Source: Octopus vulgaris (Eukaryota). Taken from it: DNA of 64,000 nt. The translations under genes and the position numbers were made by a program. The notes beneath the pieces were generated by a model. That model was given only the letters and a program-made list of their open reading frames with translations. It had not been told where the DNA came from and made no database searches. This document shows, piece by piece, positions 25,981 through 39,339 of this stretch. The stretch is taken from contig OX597816.1 of NCBI GenBank assembly GCA_951406725.2, forward strand, positions 156,922,001 through 156,986,000, given 5' to 3'. Position 1 is the first letter of the stretch; each line of letters starts with the position of its first letter.

Positions 25981-26298
25981 GCATTCCGTCAGTAACGACG
26001 ATGTGGCCTCCAGTTGACCCGATCGATAGAACAGCCTGCTTGTGAAATCAAAGCGCAAGCGGTTGCCCACTCCACAGATACACGTACCCGTAATGTGGTC
26101 ATCGTGGAGATTCAGCATGGCATAGAATATTATAAGGAAGGCTCTTTGAAATACAGGTACGACTCATTTTTGCCTCCTGACTGGACTGGAGCAACGATAA
26201 ATAAATTGGTTTGCTTAAGGACGCAAAGTGCCGCCGGGAATCGAACTCACGATCTTCCGATTGTGAGCCGAATGCCCTAATCATTAAGCCACGCACCT
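25981..26298 (-). mobile_element. SINE family A, tail type 2, diverged
   Basis: Reverse-complement homolog of 30751-31123 (GAACAGCCTGCTTGTGAAAT; GGGAATCGAACTC). Confidence 0.75.
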
Positions 26299-28216
26299 TC
26301 ACAAATTTATTCTACCTGCTTTAACACAGCAATGAGAGCTATGACAATATTCAAACATTAACTATTACATATGTTATTACGTCCGGCGTTTTTAGTTGTA
26401 CATAGAATTATGTGACAAATGCTTTGAGCTTTAAGTTTCTTGACGTCTAGTGAAATATTCGCCACCAAATCCACCACATGCTGAATCGGTCAGCAATAAT
26501 TAGTGCATATATTAGCGTTATGTGAGATGATAAGGCATGAATAAAGCATGATGAGATGACAGATCTAATGGTAGTTGAAGATTTTGCTGGAAGCAGCGCT
26601 GCAGGAAATAAGACTTTGTAATTTTCCTTCGGTTTATGAAATTTATAATTGCATAAGCTACTGTATATGCTGTATGCTGTCAATAAGATCATTATTAATC
26701 AGCTGTTTATATTGCAAGTAATTCCTTAGGCGTATCTGAACTAACTGAATAACTAATTCATCACTAGGTTATGATTTCCCCAACAATCTTTAAATATTTT
26801 CTCTCTTTTCGGACAAATAAATTCATGCGCCTAGCAAATATTTATAATCATATATATTAAATATATATGTAGAACATTCTCCGAAATTGATTTTTCTTCC
26901 ATTTTTAGGTTACTGCATGAAGTAAGTCTATGAAATTTGTAAATTATTGCTTTATAAAAGTGATAAGAAATTTATGTGATGGTGGTCATCCTCAATCCGT
27001 CAAAACTTTTTCATACTTTTGGTTTGCTGTGTATTTCACCTTATACCCAGAATCATGTCTGTGAAAACTTGCAAATAATATGGCTAGGAATCTATTAATA
27101 GCAGACTAAGGTGAATCTACAACAATACACAAATCAAATAATTTCAGTTCATGAAGTAGAGAAAACTTTGAATGTTTTGGGGTCTACTTACACTCTAGCG
27201 GAATTACTATCTGTTATTTATTTCTTCACAGCAAAGAGATTTAGTCAGTGTTTCATGTAACTATACTCAATAATATATGGCACAGATATTCTCTAGTTTA
27301 GTATATTAACATGTCTAAATTGGAGTTACTACTCTTTATGCATGAAATAGATATTATGTACTGATCTAAAATAATTTAGAAAATTTATATTTCATTAACT
27401 TGAGGCTGACATAAAATTGTTTACTATTATCGGTACGTCGGAAAGCTGTCGTGTAGTAGAGCATGGTGACGGAATATCTCTTAATGTTAATGTTGATATA
27501 TTTATATTCATTAATAGAAGAGAGGAAATGGTACGTTATTTTCCTGGGACCGATAAAATAATGAAGTCTTTCACAACAAAGGCACACCATCATGGAAAAT
27601 ATCAAAACCGAATATACTCTATCAGTTTTAAATTTTACACGTTTACCCGCCTCATGCTAGATGCCCTTGACCTGCGGTTCAAATTCCTTATAAATAAATT
27701 CGGGGTTAAATTAATAAAGATATTAAGTAACACTTTACAATATTAAACTTAAATATATTACTGCCATACTGCCAAAATTTTATGCGAATGCTTCACAATC
27801 CCTTGTATATTCATATATAATACTATGTATACGGTGAAGCGTTGCAATATCATGACAATAAAACGTTGTTCCATATACCATTTTCAGAATGGAATAGTCG
27901 AAGCAAAATAAACATACTACGTTTATATATAATTATATAAAGAAAATACTCTGCAGTATCAATATTTCGGGTTTATAAAGAACTTAATATAATCATGTAT
28001 AGTACGTTATAGGTTACAGTTTAAGATTAAGATACACAGATTGCAACTAATAGGTTAGTGATTTACAAGCAAACATTATTAGCATGAAGTAAGCTATATG
28101 GAATAACAATAGATATGAAACATTAAAATAAGGAGAAACAGTTATCTCAAACTACTATGGAATATACACTTGGAATGTAGAATCTATTATAATTATTGAT
28201 GTTAATATCGTACCAG

Positions 28217-28258
28217 CTACAGACACGTTTTAGGAATTACGTAGCTCATCAGATATAG
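28217..28258 (-). ncRNA. Degenerate hammerhead ribozyme motif
   Basis: Minus strand: CTATAT-CTGATGA-GCTACGTAATTCCT-AAAA-CGT-GTC-TGTAG. G12 appears mutated and the stems are imperfect. Confidence 0.35.
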
Positions 28259-29284
28259 GTATATCGTTTTTCTAAAATTATTTTATATTATAGTATTAAT
28301 ACATATGAAAGACAATTGAAACAGAAATGAATTATCGCTAAAAGCTCTTACAGACAAACAGAAAAATGAAACAAATTCAATGGAACAGAAGTGAAATATG
28401 GAAGAAAATTTAAATATTTAAGAAACAAGGATGGACACCGAGGTTGCGAAAATGTATTATAAAATCGGTTAAATTAGTCTATAAATTTTATCAACTTATC
28501 AAATAATGCTTTTTCAAATGATACTTGTTTAGAGCTTATACAATTTTGTTTAGGTAAAAGTGTTTTAAATGAGATGAAACGTTACCAAAATCACTGTATA
28601 AAACAACGAAATTAGTTTAATAAGTGTTTCTTGGCTATATAAAATGAATTTCGTCAATTAAATACTTAAATCCTGGGAATCAATATTTATTTAGACGTAT
28701 GGTAACTTATTTGAGAATAATATATAAGAGATAAGAATTAAATAAAACGAAAGATATTTTGTTAATTAAAATTTAGATAAAATTAATTGAGAAAGGTGAA
28801 TGTAATTTAGGATTTTACGGAGTGAAAACAAACTTTTTAAGAAAGTCGTGGTGACATATTTTCCCAAGAAAATATATATGACTAGAATAATTGAAAATCC
28901 TAGATGTGACAGAACAATGAATAAATAGGAAATGAAAATAGTTTTTTTTAAAAATAAAAACCGTTAATTACATATAATATCGATTTCTACAAATAATACG
29001 TACTTATATAATATAAACATACATGTATTTAACTACACACACAGAATGAAAATGTGACATGGAATAACGAATGGGAAGAGAAAAAAGATATAATTCATCT
29101 GAAGTAAAGTTTAGTATTATTATAAATAGATAAATGATAGATAAGAAAACAATACAAATGACAATGTGATACTGCAGACAATATCTACAGAAACTAAATC
29201 ATGGATTACACACGATTTTTTTATTTTTATTTATTATCATGGATTACACACACATCTATGTAGGAACACATAGTAGGTGTGACA

Positions 29285-29722
29285 GAGACGTAGGTTCGTT
29301 TGTCTTGTAAGAAGGTTGCTTCACAACAAGGTTCCGTATTCAGTCCCACTGCTAGTCACCTTTTATAACGGCCCAAGCTGAGCAAAGCCGAGCCAGTGGA
29401 TTTCGTAGACGCAAACTGAAAGAAGCATGTCGATATACGTGCATTTATGTGTGTGTGCGCGTGTTTGTGTGTGTGTAAAAAAGCATTTGTGTGTCTTTGA
29501 TTGTACTTTTTTTTAGTAATATTTGCCTCCACCACCGCTTTACAACCGTTGTTGACCTGTTGGGATCCCCGTAACTTACCTGTGCGGCAAATGAACTGAG
29601 AGAATAAGAACAATGCTTGAAAAAAAGTACTGGGCTCGAGTCGTTCGACTAAGACCCTTCGAGACGGTTGCCCAGCATAGCTGCAGCAAAGTGACTGAAA
29701 CGATAAAAATGGAAGATAAAAG
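29285..29722 (+). mobile_element. SINE family B, diverged
   Basis: TTCAGTCCCACTGC...GTAGACGCAAACTGAAAGAAGC...CCAGCATAGCTGCAGCAAAGTGACTGAAAC. Confidence 0.75.
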
Positions 29723-29802
29723 ACACATATAAATATTGACACATACACACACACACACATATATATGTATATATATGTATATAGTGCATGTATGTATGTA
29801 TA

Positions 29803-30639
29803 CTGTGCAATAGATAAATTGTTGCTATTTTATAGTTTTAATATCGCGCAAGCGCATTGTTGTTTTTAATTTTGTTGACTACTCAGTATAGTAGGTTCAG
29901 TTGTGCACCCTCTTTGAGGAAAAGATTACCATGACGCAATTCACTCTGCCAGAAATTAGGAAATGACATGTACTGCTTGGAATTTCGCCAAAATACGAAC
30001 ATTTCAGAGTGTTAGGGTGTCAATCCGAGCACAGTGCAGTCTGAGACATGTTCCGAGTGTGATAAAAATCAAACATCTAGTCAACATCACGGTGTTTGAA
30101 GTAGTCATTAGTGATTGCGACATTATGCCTCCATTCATCTTCCTACAAGGCCTCAGACTCAGCACGGAGGCCCACATCAAGTGCCTGATGGGGGTAGTGC
30201 TGCCCTGGGTCAAGACCCGATGTCTAACAACAGGACTATGCACCATGCCACACAAGCAAGAGAACCCAGTCATGTTTGTAAGACATCATCCCTAACATCT
30301 AACCACCTAACTCCCCAGAATCCAACCCCATTGATTATTATGTGTGTGGTGCAGTTGAGCGAGACAAAGCTTCTTGTAACACCATAGTTGCACGGAAGGC
30401 AAAGATTATGGCAGCATTCACCAACCAAAACAAGGAGACCGTCCAAAAGTATTGTAGGAGAATCCGAAGTTGCCTAGAGGCCGTAATTGAATCCAATGGC
30501 GATTTTATTAAATAAATTTACTCTTTAGTATTTCAAGATATTTGTATGCAATTTTGGTAAATGTATCTGTTAAAATAGAGATGTCAGTATTATTTTCAAG
30601 TTTGCGTAATTTAGACGTCAGTTTACTCACCGCACCCCG
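29803..30639 (+). mobile_element. Tc1/mariner (maT/DD37D-like) transposon, internally deleted
   Basis: KIKHLVNITVFEVVISDCDIMPPFIFLQGLRLSTEAHIKCLMGVVLPWVK, then frameshifted QQD, PNSP..NPLDYYV and CRRIRSCLEAVIESNGDFIK. TA-flanked ends with degenerate TIRs. Confidence 0.85.
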
Positions 30640-30750
30640 TATAAGTATATATATATATATGTTGGTCCAAGGAGTATAAAAGGCTAAGTTGACTTTGGTG
30701 TCATCTGAACACAGACCAAAGACTTCAAAGCATTTTCCTCTGACAGTGGA

Positions 30751-31123
30751 GGCGCAATGGCCCAGTGGTTAGGGCAGCGGACTCGCGGTCGTAGGATCGC
30801 GGTTTCGATTCCCAGACCGGGCGTTGTGAGTGTTTATTGAGCGAAAACACCTAAAGCTCCACGAGGCTCCGGCAGGGATGGTGGTGATCCCTGCTGTACT
30901 CTTTCACCACAACTTTCTCTCACTCTTACTTCCTGTTTCTGTTGTACCTGTATTTCAAAGGGCCGGCCTTGTCACTCTCTGTGTCACGCTGAATATCCCC
31001 GAGAACTACGTTAAGGGTACACGTGTCTGTGGAGTGCTCAGCCACTTACACGTTAATTTCACGAGCAGGCTGTTCCGTTGATCGGATCAACCGGAACCCT
31101 CGTCGTCGTAACCGACGGAGTGC
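30751..31123 (+). mobile_element. SINE family A, tail type 2, well preserved
   Basis: GGCGCAATGGCCCAGTGGTTAGGGCAGCGGACTCGCGGTCGTAGGATCGCGGTTTCGATTCCCAGACCGGGCG tRNA-Arg-like head, CpG-rich. Confidence 0.9.
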
Positions 31124-31127
31124 TTCC

Positions 31128-31199
<72 letters not shown>

Positions 31200-31562
31200 G
31201 TGGCCTCTACAAACATCACTCCTTGATATTTGTCGGTTTTATACAACGTGTTCGCCCTGTTTGCGTAGTCACAAGTTCTTTGTATTCTAGTGCAGTCTTT
31301 GTTTCCATATCTAGGGCAGGTACCACTAGTTTCATTACGTATAATGTTATTTAATTTCTTGCTAGCCCCCCTGTATACTCGAACCCTATATTTCTGATCA
31401 TATGCAGAAAACTGCATGCGGTGCATGAAGTTCTTTATATTTTTTTTTTCATTTCATAGTGTTCGTATAGAGGGGATACGTTGTTCATTATCCTAAGTCT
31501 ACTATCAGTATATTAATTTTCATGTTGTTTGACAAAGCTGAGTTCTTGTGCAACTTAATATT

Positions 31563-31596
<34 letters not shown>

Positions 31597-31642
31597 TGTA
31601 TGTATGTATGTATGTATGTATGTATGTATGAATGTATGTATG

Positions 31643-31674
<32 letters not shown>

Positions 31675-32408
31675 ATATACTTGCCGGTGTGCATAGTTTT
31701 AAACAGCAGATCATGCATGAAAGGAAATGTTAATAAAGGCCATATCGCCCATCTCAGTATCTAACACGAGATTAGACTTTCTATAAATATAAAATTCTGT
31801 ATGAATCAAGCCAAATATATTACATATATCTAGTATAATAAATAGACGTAAGTAATAACTAAAGTACAACCATCTACCGTCCTCTACTTTTTCCTTTGTA
31901 TTTTTATACTCGCTGACCATTTTCTCCTCTTCCCTTCATATCATGCACTTTTATTTATTTTTTCACTTCTGTTTTTACCGTTAGTTTTCAATGTTTACTC
32001 ATATTTTCATATTTTTTATAAGTATATATATTATAAGATTTTCTTGTTTTGTTTTTTTTTCTATATATATCTGCTTAGCAACAAAATGGTGAAACTAGCC
32101 CGCTGTCCGGAAGTTGTCCTTAATAAATTACATGCATACAAACACACATATGTTAGATACACAGACATTAGCAGTATAATATCCGTGCGTCTAAGATATT
32201 TAATCAAAGAAAGTGCACAATACCTCAATAAATTGCCGGCGATATGGCTTTTTGTATATGTGTATACAAACATGTATATGCCCAAAACATTCTTGCTTAA
32301 AAATAATAAATTAGTACCTATACAAAAGTACAGGTTAAACCATCAGATTAATATAAAATTGCTTTTATTCTAACTGAACATAAAAATAAAAACAAACATT
32401 AATATATC

Positions 32409-32477
<69 letters not shown>

Positions 32478-32611
32478 ATGTGTGGGTGTGTGCGCACGAG
32501 GTTTTGTATTTATCTATCTGACTATCCATCTATGAATTTTTTTCTTTCTATTTGATTGATTAAAGTCCATAGTTGAATTCAATACGGCCACTAAATATAA
32601 GGCAAGTTCCC

Positions 32612-32612
<1 letters not shown>

Positions 32613-32706
<94 letters not shown>

Positions 32707-32721
32707 CGTGTGTGTGTGTGT
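32613..32721. repeat. Long (TG)n microsatellite
   Basis: Directly visible. Confidence 0.95.
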
Positions 32722-33542
32722 ATTTGTAAAGCGAACTGAAATGCTTTGTTAATATAAAAATGAGTTAATGTATCTATTTTTCTGGGTACTCAAACACATA
32801 AGGCATGCAAGATGAGTTCTTGCCTTTTCTCTGCCGACTATCTCTTATCATCCTTTATGTATATGCTTATGCCATTGGGTGCATTCGGTGTCCTTGATAT
32901 CTCAAAAGTAGAAAATTTCTTTGAATGCTGCACGATCTGTAAAGATTTAACCGATTGAATTTCGAGAAAGCGAAGTAGTTTCGTCCGTTCTTTCTTGGAA
33001 AACCGCGCCGTGAATATGTTACCGCATAATCTCTGATAGTATATAGAAGCAAGAATCAATAGCCAAGATTCAGATGTTGTTCGTTCCATGTTATTGTACT
33101 ATTGATGTTTACTTTACCTACAACTGTATACAAGATATTCAAACATGCCGTTAAAATCGGTCATTTGTTTACAAGGCATTAGTTCTACCCTTGAGTAACA
33201 AGTATTTCTGTAACTTTTGCAGTAAATACAAGGCTGGCATAAAGGAACTGATTGCTTCTTTTAGATAGATGCGACGAAGGCTTTGTTAAGATAAGACACC
33301 AACGGCACCCAAGCGTTAAAATTAAACACATGAATTACACTGCGTATAGCATAGGAAGATAGGTAACTAGGGTCAGATTTCGCGGAAGTGACGGAAGGAA
33401 GTCAAATGGAGATGTACAAGATTTAATCACTTAAGCATATATTATCAAGGATGAAATGCAAAATAAATTAATTTTCATGTAACTCCGATGAAGGATAAAA
33501 GAGGAAGCAATACATTTGCCGCTGTTTAATATATATTTTATC

Positions 33543-33742
33543 AAGGTGGCTAGCTGGCAGAAATGTTAGCACGCCGGGCAAAAAATTTAGCGGTATTTTA
33601 TCTGCCTTTACGTTCCGAGGTCGACTTTGCCTTTCATCCTTTCGGGCTCGATAAATTAAGTACCAGTTGCGTACTGGTGTCGATTTGATCGACTAGCCCC
33701 CTCCTCAAAAATTTAGGGCCTTGTGCCTAAAGCAGAAAAGAA
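33543..33742 (+). mobile_element. SINE family C monomer
   Basis: AAGGTGGCTAGCTGGCAGAAATGTTAGCACGCCGGGC...CCGAGGTCGACTTTGCCTTTCATCC. Confidence 0.85.
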
Positions 33743-35303
33743 TATATAATATTCTATCGTTCCAGAACCGTAACATACATCAGAGCAATATCAGTATTAT
33801 ATTCAAGTTCACGTGAAACCCCTTCATAATCTCATTCTGGTGTGCAGAGAGATTTTCTTCTAATTTCAGTAATTTTTTTTTTATATTTTGGTTTTGAAAG
33901 TCCGCTATGTTAGCCACATGGGACCTCGTAGAATATTATTCATATTGGGGCAGTTGGATGGTGTATTTATATTTGCTGCAATTCTTTGGCAGATGTTATT
34001 TGTATGAAATCTAAGCGACTTAAAGGTTGTAGGCGTTAAATCTTAAGCTTACTGCTCACTATATTTTTTTAAACAAACTGTCAGTATCAATGTTTCAGTG
34101 AATGCTGTCAGTTAATATTTTCATCTTACAATTTTAATATCTATGCAACAGAGCACATCTATAGACCAGTAATGTATCCCGCATGTTTGTATTAGTACTG
34201 ACACTGCAAATGCATTGCGGGTGATTGTAGCGTTGTAAAAATAAAGCTCCGGCTATTATTTTTTTTTAAAGTCTCGTATAAGACTTTGTGGTTATTCTAT
34301 ATTTGTTCACAGTGCATTTGAATAATATATGTACATCAATAGCGAGTTATTTATAAAACAGCATTGTTGCCAAAGCACGACTCTGTCTATACTTGCATAT
34401 ATGTAGTCATGCATACCTGTATGCATATGTGTGTGCATATAGATGGATGGAGGGAGGGAGGCGTGGGAAACGGGTGTTTGTTTCTATGTGTACATATGAA
34501 TAGAGTAGATTTATATGGCTAGCAATAACAAATGAGAGATGATAGAGCTATTTCGTGTTGACCGTAAAGTCGGTGCAATATATATATAACTTTCTTTAGT
34601 AAATTACAATCAATATAATGCATATTGTTGTTTCTATGGCTGGCGTGGATGTAGCTGCTATTTAACTCGTTGTCTTTCCCATCTAAGCAAATTTATAGCG
34701 TGAAGAATTCCAACCATGCCAACCCGGTTTCATTGGTGCTCATTATATATTTTATCTCTGTCAACATTATCCGCGGCATTCTTCCATTTTCCAGGCAGTG
34801 GAGTGGAATTTCATAGATATCTCTCTGCTATTTCTAGCAGATCGATCGGCCAAAAAGAAGGTTACCATGTTTTCTCAAGGTTTATGGATGTTCCCGAATG
34901 CTGAATGTCATTACTTTATATTTTATTATTGCTTTCTTCCCTGTTCAGATGTTGCGTACCTGTCCAGATTTTAAAGCTTAATTTTATACTTCTTGGTCGT
35001 TACTATTTCATATATTGTTTTCATTCATATAACCAATGCCATTAAGGGACGAGAAATAACAATGAAATCTTTCTCATTTCATGCTGTATACTTACATAAA
35101 TAAATAGCGTATTAGATGACCATGATAGGCCATGAATTCGATTGTATGTCTGTTAGAGCCGAGCTAACACTCAGCTAAAATTAAAAACAAAAACATTAAA
35201 CCGTACCGAATAAAGAGAGGCATGGCATCCCATTAGTTACCGGATCAATGAGTTCCGCTGAAGACATCCATTGCATATGTTTGCATGTGCTGATATATAA
35301 TGT

Positions 35304-35460
35304 TGGGGGAGGGGGCCAGTCGATCAAATCGACCTCAGTATGCAACTGGTACTTAATTTATCGAGCCCGATAGGATGAAAGGCAGAGTCGACCTCGGTGG
35401 AATTTGAACTCAGAGCGTAGAGACAGATGCTAAGCATTTCACCCGGCGTGCTAACGTTTT
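35304..35460 (-). mobile_element. SINE family C, partial
   Basis: GGATGAAAGGCAGAGTCGACCTCGGTGGAATTTGAACTCAG. Confidence 0.85.
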
Positions 35461-35481
35461 GCACCAACACCAATAATCAAC

Positions 35482-35512
<31 letters not shown>

Positions 35513-35515
<3 letters not shown>

Positions 35516-36300
35516 CAATTAAGGACAACTACTTACTAAGGAAAACTTAACAAGAAATTGTCAGGTAGATAGCGTAAAAACCTCATAAGAGAATAAATTT
35601 CGAAAATAATTATTTCTTATTGAACATATTAATTTATATATAGAGGGCATTATACATACATGCCAGAAGGCATTATACATACATGCCAAACGCTAAGAGG
35701 GACAATTAGTCATTTCTACCAAAAATATTACTAATCCCACCGAATGCAATTTTTCAATGTGCTTCGTTGATGTTCAGCAGTTAGCTGATCAGCTTAAGCG
35801 GGGCAGGGTCGTTGTTTATTTATAATATATTCAGGCCTGCTGATGAGTACGTAAGTATGAAAAAATTTATTCTCTTATGAGGTTTTTACGCTATCTACCT
35901 GACAATTTCTTGTTAAGTTTTCCTTAGTAAGTAGTTGTCCTTAATTGCTAAATTTTTATTCCGAAAAAACTTTTCCTCTCCCGAAATGCAATTCGTAAAA
36001 GTTTGCCATTTATCCGGATGTAATATATGTAAACTCACCCATGTGCTTCGTTGATGTTCAGCAGTTAGCTGATCAGCTTAAGCGGGCAGGGTCGTTGTTT
36101 ATTTATAATATATTCAGGCCTGCTGATGAGTACGTAAGTATGAAATCACTGTGATACAGGTCTATATTTTTTTAAATGTCTTACTTTGAAAAATTGCATT
36201 CGGTGGGATTAGTAATATTTTTGGTAGAAATGACTAATTGTCCCTCTTAGCATTTGGCATGTATGTATAATGCCTTCTGGCATGTATGTATAATGCCCTC

Positions 36301-36311
<11 letters not shown>
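35513..36311 (+). mobile_element. Non-coding HHR-bearing element (retrozyme or non-autonomous PLE) with direct and inverted duplications, inserted in (TA)n
   Basis: 35513-35600 is the reverse complement of 35863-35950. 35632-35757 is the reverse complement of 36186-36311. 35757-35862 directly repeats 36041-36145. All copies are nearly identical. Confidence 0.8.
36116..36163 (+). ncRNA. Minimal type I hammerhead ribozyme, fully canonical
   Basis: AGGCCTG-CTGATGA-GTAC-GTAA-GTAT-GAAA-TCAC-T-GTGA-TA-CAGGTCT. 7-bp stem I, stem II capped by a GNRA loop, near-palindromic stem III. Predicted cleavage after AUA (A36156). Confidence 0.9.
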
Positions 36312-36361
<50 letters not shown>

Positions 36362-36919
36362 GGGGGTGAATGAGTATGTGTGTAAGGTACATGTGTGTAT
36401 GTTTATATTCCCGCGTCTGGGTATATATCTGTGTATATTTGTATTTGTGTGTGTGTGTGAGTGTTAGTGTATGTGTGTTTGAGTGCTTGTGCGCGTGGGT
36501 GTATGCGTGAGTGAGTGTATGTGTGAACCTCTAAAGAAGCGTGCGCGCGCGAACGTGTGCATGTGTGTGTGTTTGCGACGGTGTGGTTGCGTGTATATAC
36601 AACATCGTTGGTCATTAATAACATCTTGCACAGTGATCCATAGACAAATGTGCAACAGTTGCTATTTTCCTCTTTTATTCTTGCTTCTGATGCTGCAGTT
36701 GGGATCCTGAAATATATTGATTGCATTCGTTCATCCCCACCACTGCAATACTGTTTACATGTATGTGAAAGCTGAAGGTGCTCACTGATGTGTCACTTTC
36801 TATTCCTGTCCTGCCTTGCTATTGTGAACATCTATCTTCCACTTTTTTCTCCTTGCGTTTCACTGCTTTCCATATAATTATGATGGTTATTGGTTGTTGG
36901 TGCAACATTTATTGGTCTT

Positions 36920-37350
36920 AAGGCGGCGAGCTGGCAGTATCGTTAGCACGCCGGGCGAAATGCGTAGCCGTATTTCGTCTACTGTTACGTTCTGAGTTCG
37001 AATTCTGCCGAGGTCGACTTTGCCTTTCATCCTTTTGGGGTCGATAAATTAAGTACCAGTTACGCATTGGGGTCGACATAATCGACTTAATCCGTGTGTC
37101 TGTCCTTGTTTGTCCTCTCTGTGTTTAGCCCCTTGTGGGTAGTAAAGAAATAAGAAACGTTAGAACGCCGGGCGAAATGGTTAGCGGAATTTCTTGTCTT
37201 TACGTTCTGAGTTCAAATACCACTGATGTCGACTCTGCCTTTCATCCTTTCGGGGTCGATAAATTAAATATCAGTTGCGTACTGGGGTCGATATGATCGA
37301 CGGGCCCCCTCCCCCAAAATTTCGGGCCTTGTACCTAGAGTAGAAAGGAT
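36920..37350 (+). mobile_element. SINE family C, composite dimer
   Basis: Two tRNA-like monomers (B box GAGTTCGAATTC / GAGTTCAAATAC) with different tails. Confidence 0.9.
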
Positions 37351-37355
37351 TATTT

Positions 37356-37720
37356 ATGATGATAATTATGATGGTGGTGGTGGTGGTGGTGGTGCTGGTG
37401 CTGGTGCTGGTGGTGCTGGTAGTGGTGGCGTTGGTGGTAGTGGTGTTGGTGGTAGTGGTGGTGTTGGTGGTAGTGGTGCTGGTGGTAGTGGTGGTGTTGG
37501 TGGTAGTGGTGCTGGTGCTGCTGGTGCTGGTGCAGGTTGTGATGATGATGATGATGATGATGATGATGACGATGATGATGGTGGTGTTGGTGGTGGTTGT
37601 GGTGGTTGTGGTGGTACTGCTGAAGGCGGTAGCGACGGTGGTGTTGATGATGGTGGTAGCGGTTTTGGTGGTGATGATGATGATGATGACGGTGATGATG
37701 ATGATGATGGCGATGATAAC
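37356..37720. repeat. (GGT/GCT/GAT)n trinucleotide low-complexity tract
   Basis: Directly visible. Confidence 0.95.
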
Positions 37721-37934
37721 GAAGAGGACCTTAGTAACGATGGTTGTTTACTTTCTGTTTCTGTTAACATTACTTTACACGCTAATAGGTGATAATGCCA
37801 TTTCGATGTTTCTTTTCTTCTTCGTTTTTTTTTTTTACTTTCATATTGATTTGTTTTGCTTAAAGAAGGACGGCTTTCTTGTTAATAGTGTTTTCACTGT
37901 TGTTGTCAATACTCATTACGATTATGACTGCTGT

Positions 37935-38128
37935 TCACCCTCGTCACCGTATTCCTCATTCTCTTCCTCCTCGTCATCCTCATCCTCATCATCCTCATCA
38001 CCATCATCCTCACCATGACCACCATCACCTTCGTCTTCGTCGTCATCTTCATCATAATCATCATCATTATCATCATTTTCACCATTATCCTCACCATCAC
38101 CACCATTACCTTCGTCTTCCTCGTCATC

Positions 38129-38170
<42 letters not shown>

Positions 38171-38344
38171 TTGATCATCATCATCATCATCATTATCATT
38201 ATCGTCACCATCGTCCTCTACATCACCACCATCACCTCCATCTTCCTCGTCATTTTCATCATCATCATCATCATTATCATCATCATCATCACCATCATCC
38301 TCACCATCACCACCATCACCTTCGTCTTCCTTGTCATTTTCATC

Positions 38345-38376
<32 letters not shown>

Positions 38377-38385
38377 CTTGATCAC
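37935..38385. repeat. (CAT/CAC)n tract with a higher-order repeat unit
   Basis: The unit CACCATCACCTTCGTCTTCCTCGTCATCTT(CAT)n recurs about 4 times. Confidence 0.85.
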
Positions 38386-38864
38386 CAGGTTTTCTTCCCT
38401 TTAATTACATTGTTTGCTGTCATTCATAATCTGTATTCTATCCTCATTGTTGTTGTTCGTTTGATGTCGCTATTGTTTTAGCATCTTCTTGTATGGTTGA
38501 TTATGATAAATTCAATAATGAAGAAGATAACCGCCCTGATGAAATGACAATAACAATAACGATGTGGATGATAATGGTGATGAAGATGCTGATGACGATG
38601 ACGATTCGGAGCATCATTATAATCCTTCTTCTATTCTTCTTAACCCTCTTTATTTTTATTACTATCATCGTCATCATCATAGAATTCATGATGCTGGTGA
38701 TGATTATGGAAATAAGAACTGATAATACGGTTAAAACTAATACCGGTGGTTGCGATAGTGACGGTTTCTAATATTTACTGTAATCAGTTTGGTAATAAAA
38801 AAGAACATGGAGGGCGGAGCTGATAAAGATGAGGCTGGCTCATGTCATTAAATGCTGCTGCTCA

Positions 38865-39110
38865 TGTTTGTTATGATTATGGTTATGATTATTATGATGA
38901 CGAGAACGACTTATGACAATGTTGATGATGACGACAATGACGACGACGACGACGATGATGATGGGAATCATAACTTTGATGATGATCATGATCATGATCA
39001 TGATCATGATGATGGTGGTGGTGGTGGTGGTGATGATGATGATGACGATGATGAAGACAATGTGGCTAATGATGACGATGTTGATGATGTTAACTATAAT
39101 GATCATAGCC
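38865..39110. repeat. (GAT/GAC/GGT)n low-complexity tract
   Basis: Directly visible. Confidence 0.9.
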
Positions 39111-39339
39111 ACCTTCGTTATAATCATCTTTATCGTCGACATCAGCGAGGGAAGAAAAGAAAACAAAAGCGTACACGGCGATAAACGATATTCTGATTAT
39201 TCACACAAGTCTTGCAGATTATTATTTTTTTTAATTCGCATTGTATTTCCCTTGCTTTCATTTATTATATATTGCTATTCATAGTCTGATGAGTTTTAAT
39301 GCCGTAATTCGTGTATATACACACGCACATACCCTCCCT

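Noticed and set aside
30751-30823. Genuine tRNA-Arg gene
   Set aside because: It continues into a multi-copy SINE body, stems are imperfect and there is no Pol III terminator.
37356-39284. Long poly-V/M, poly-H and Asp-rich ORFs (e.g. 38852-39184 with an apparent hydrophobic N-terminus)
   Set aside because: Trinucleotide repeats are open in several frames on both strands. No independent coding or splice evidence.
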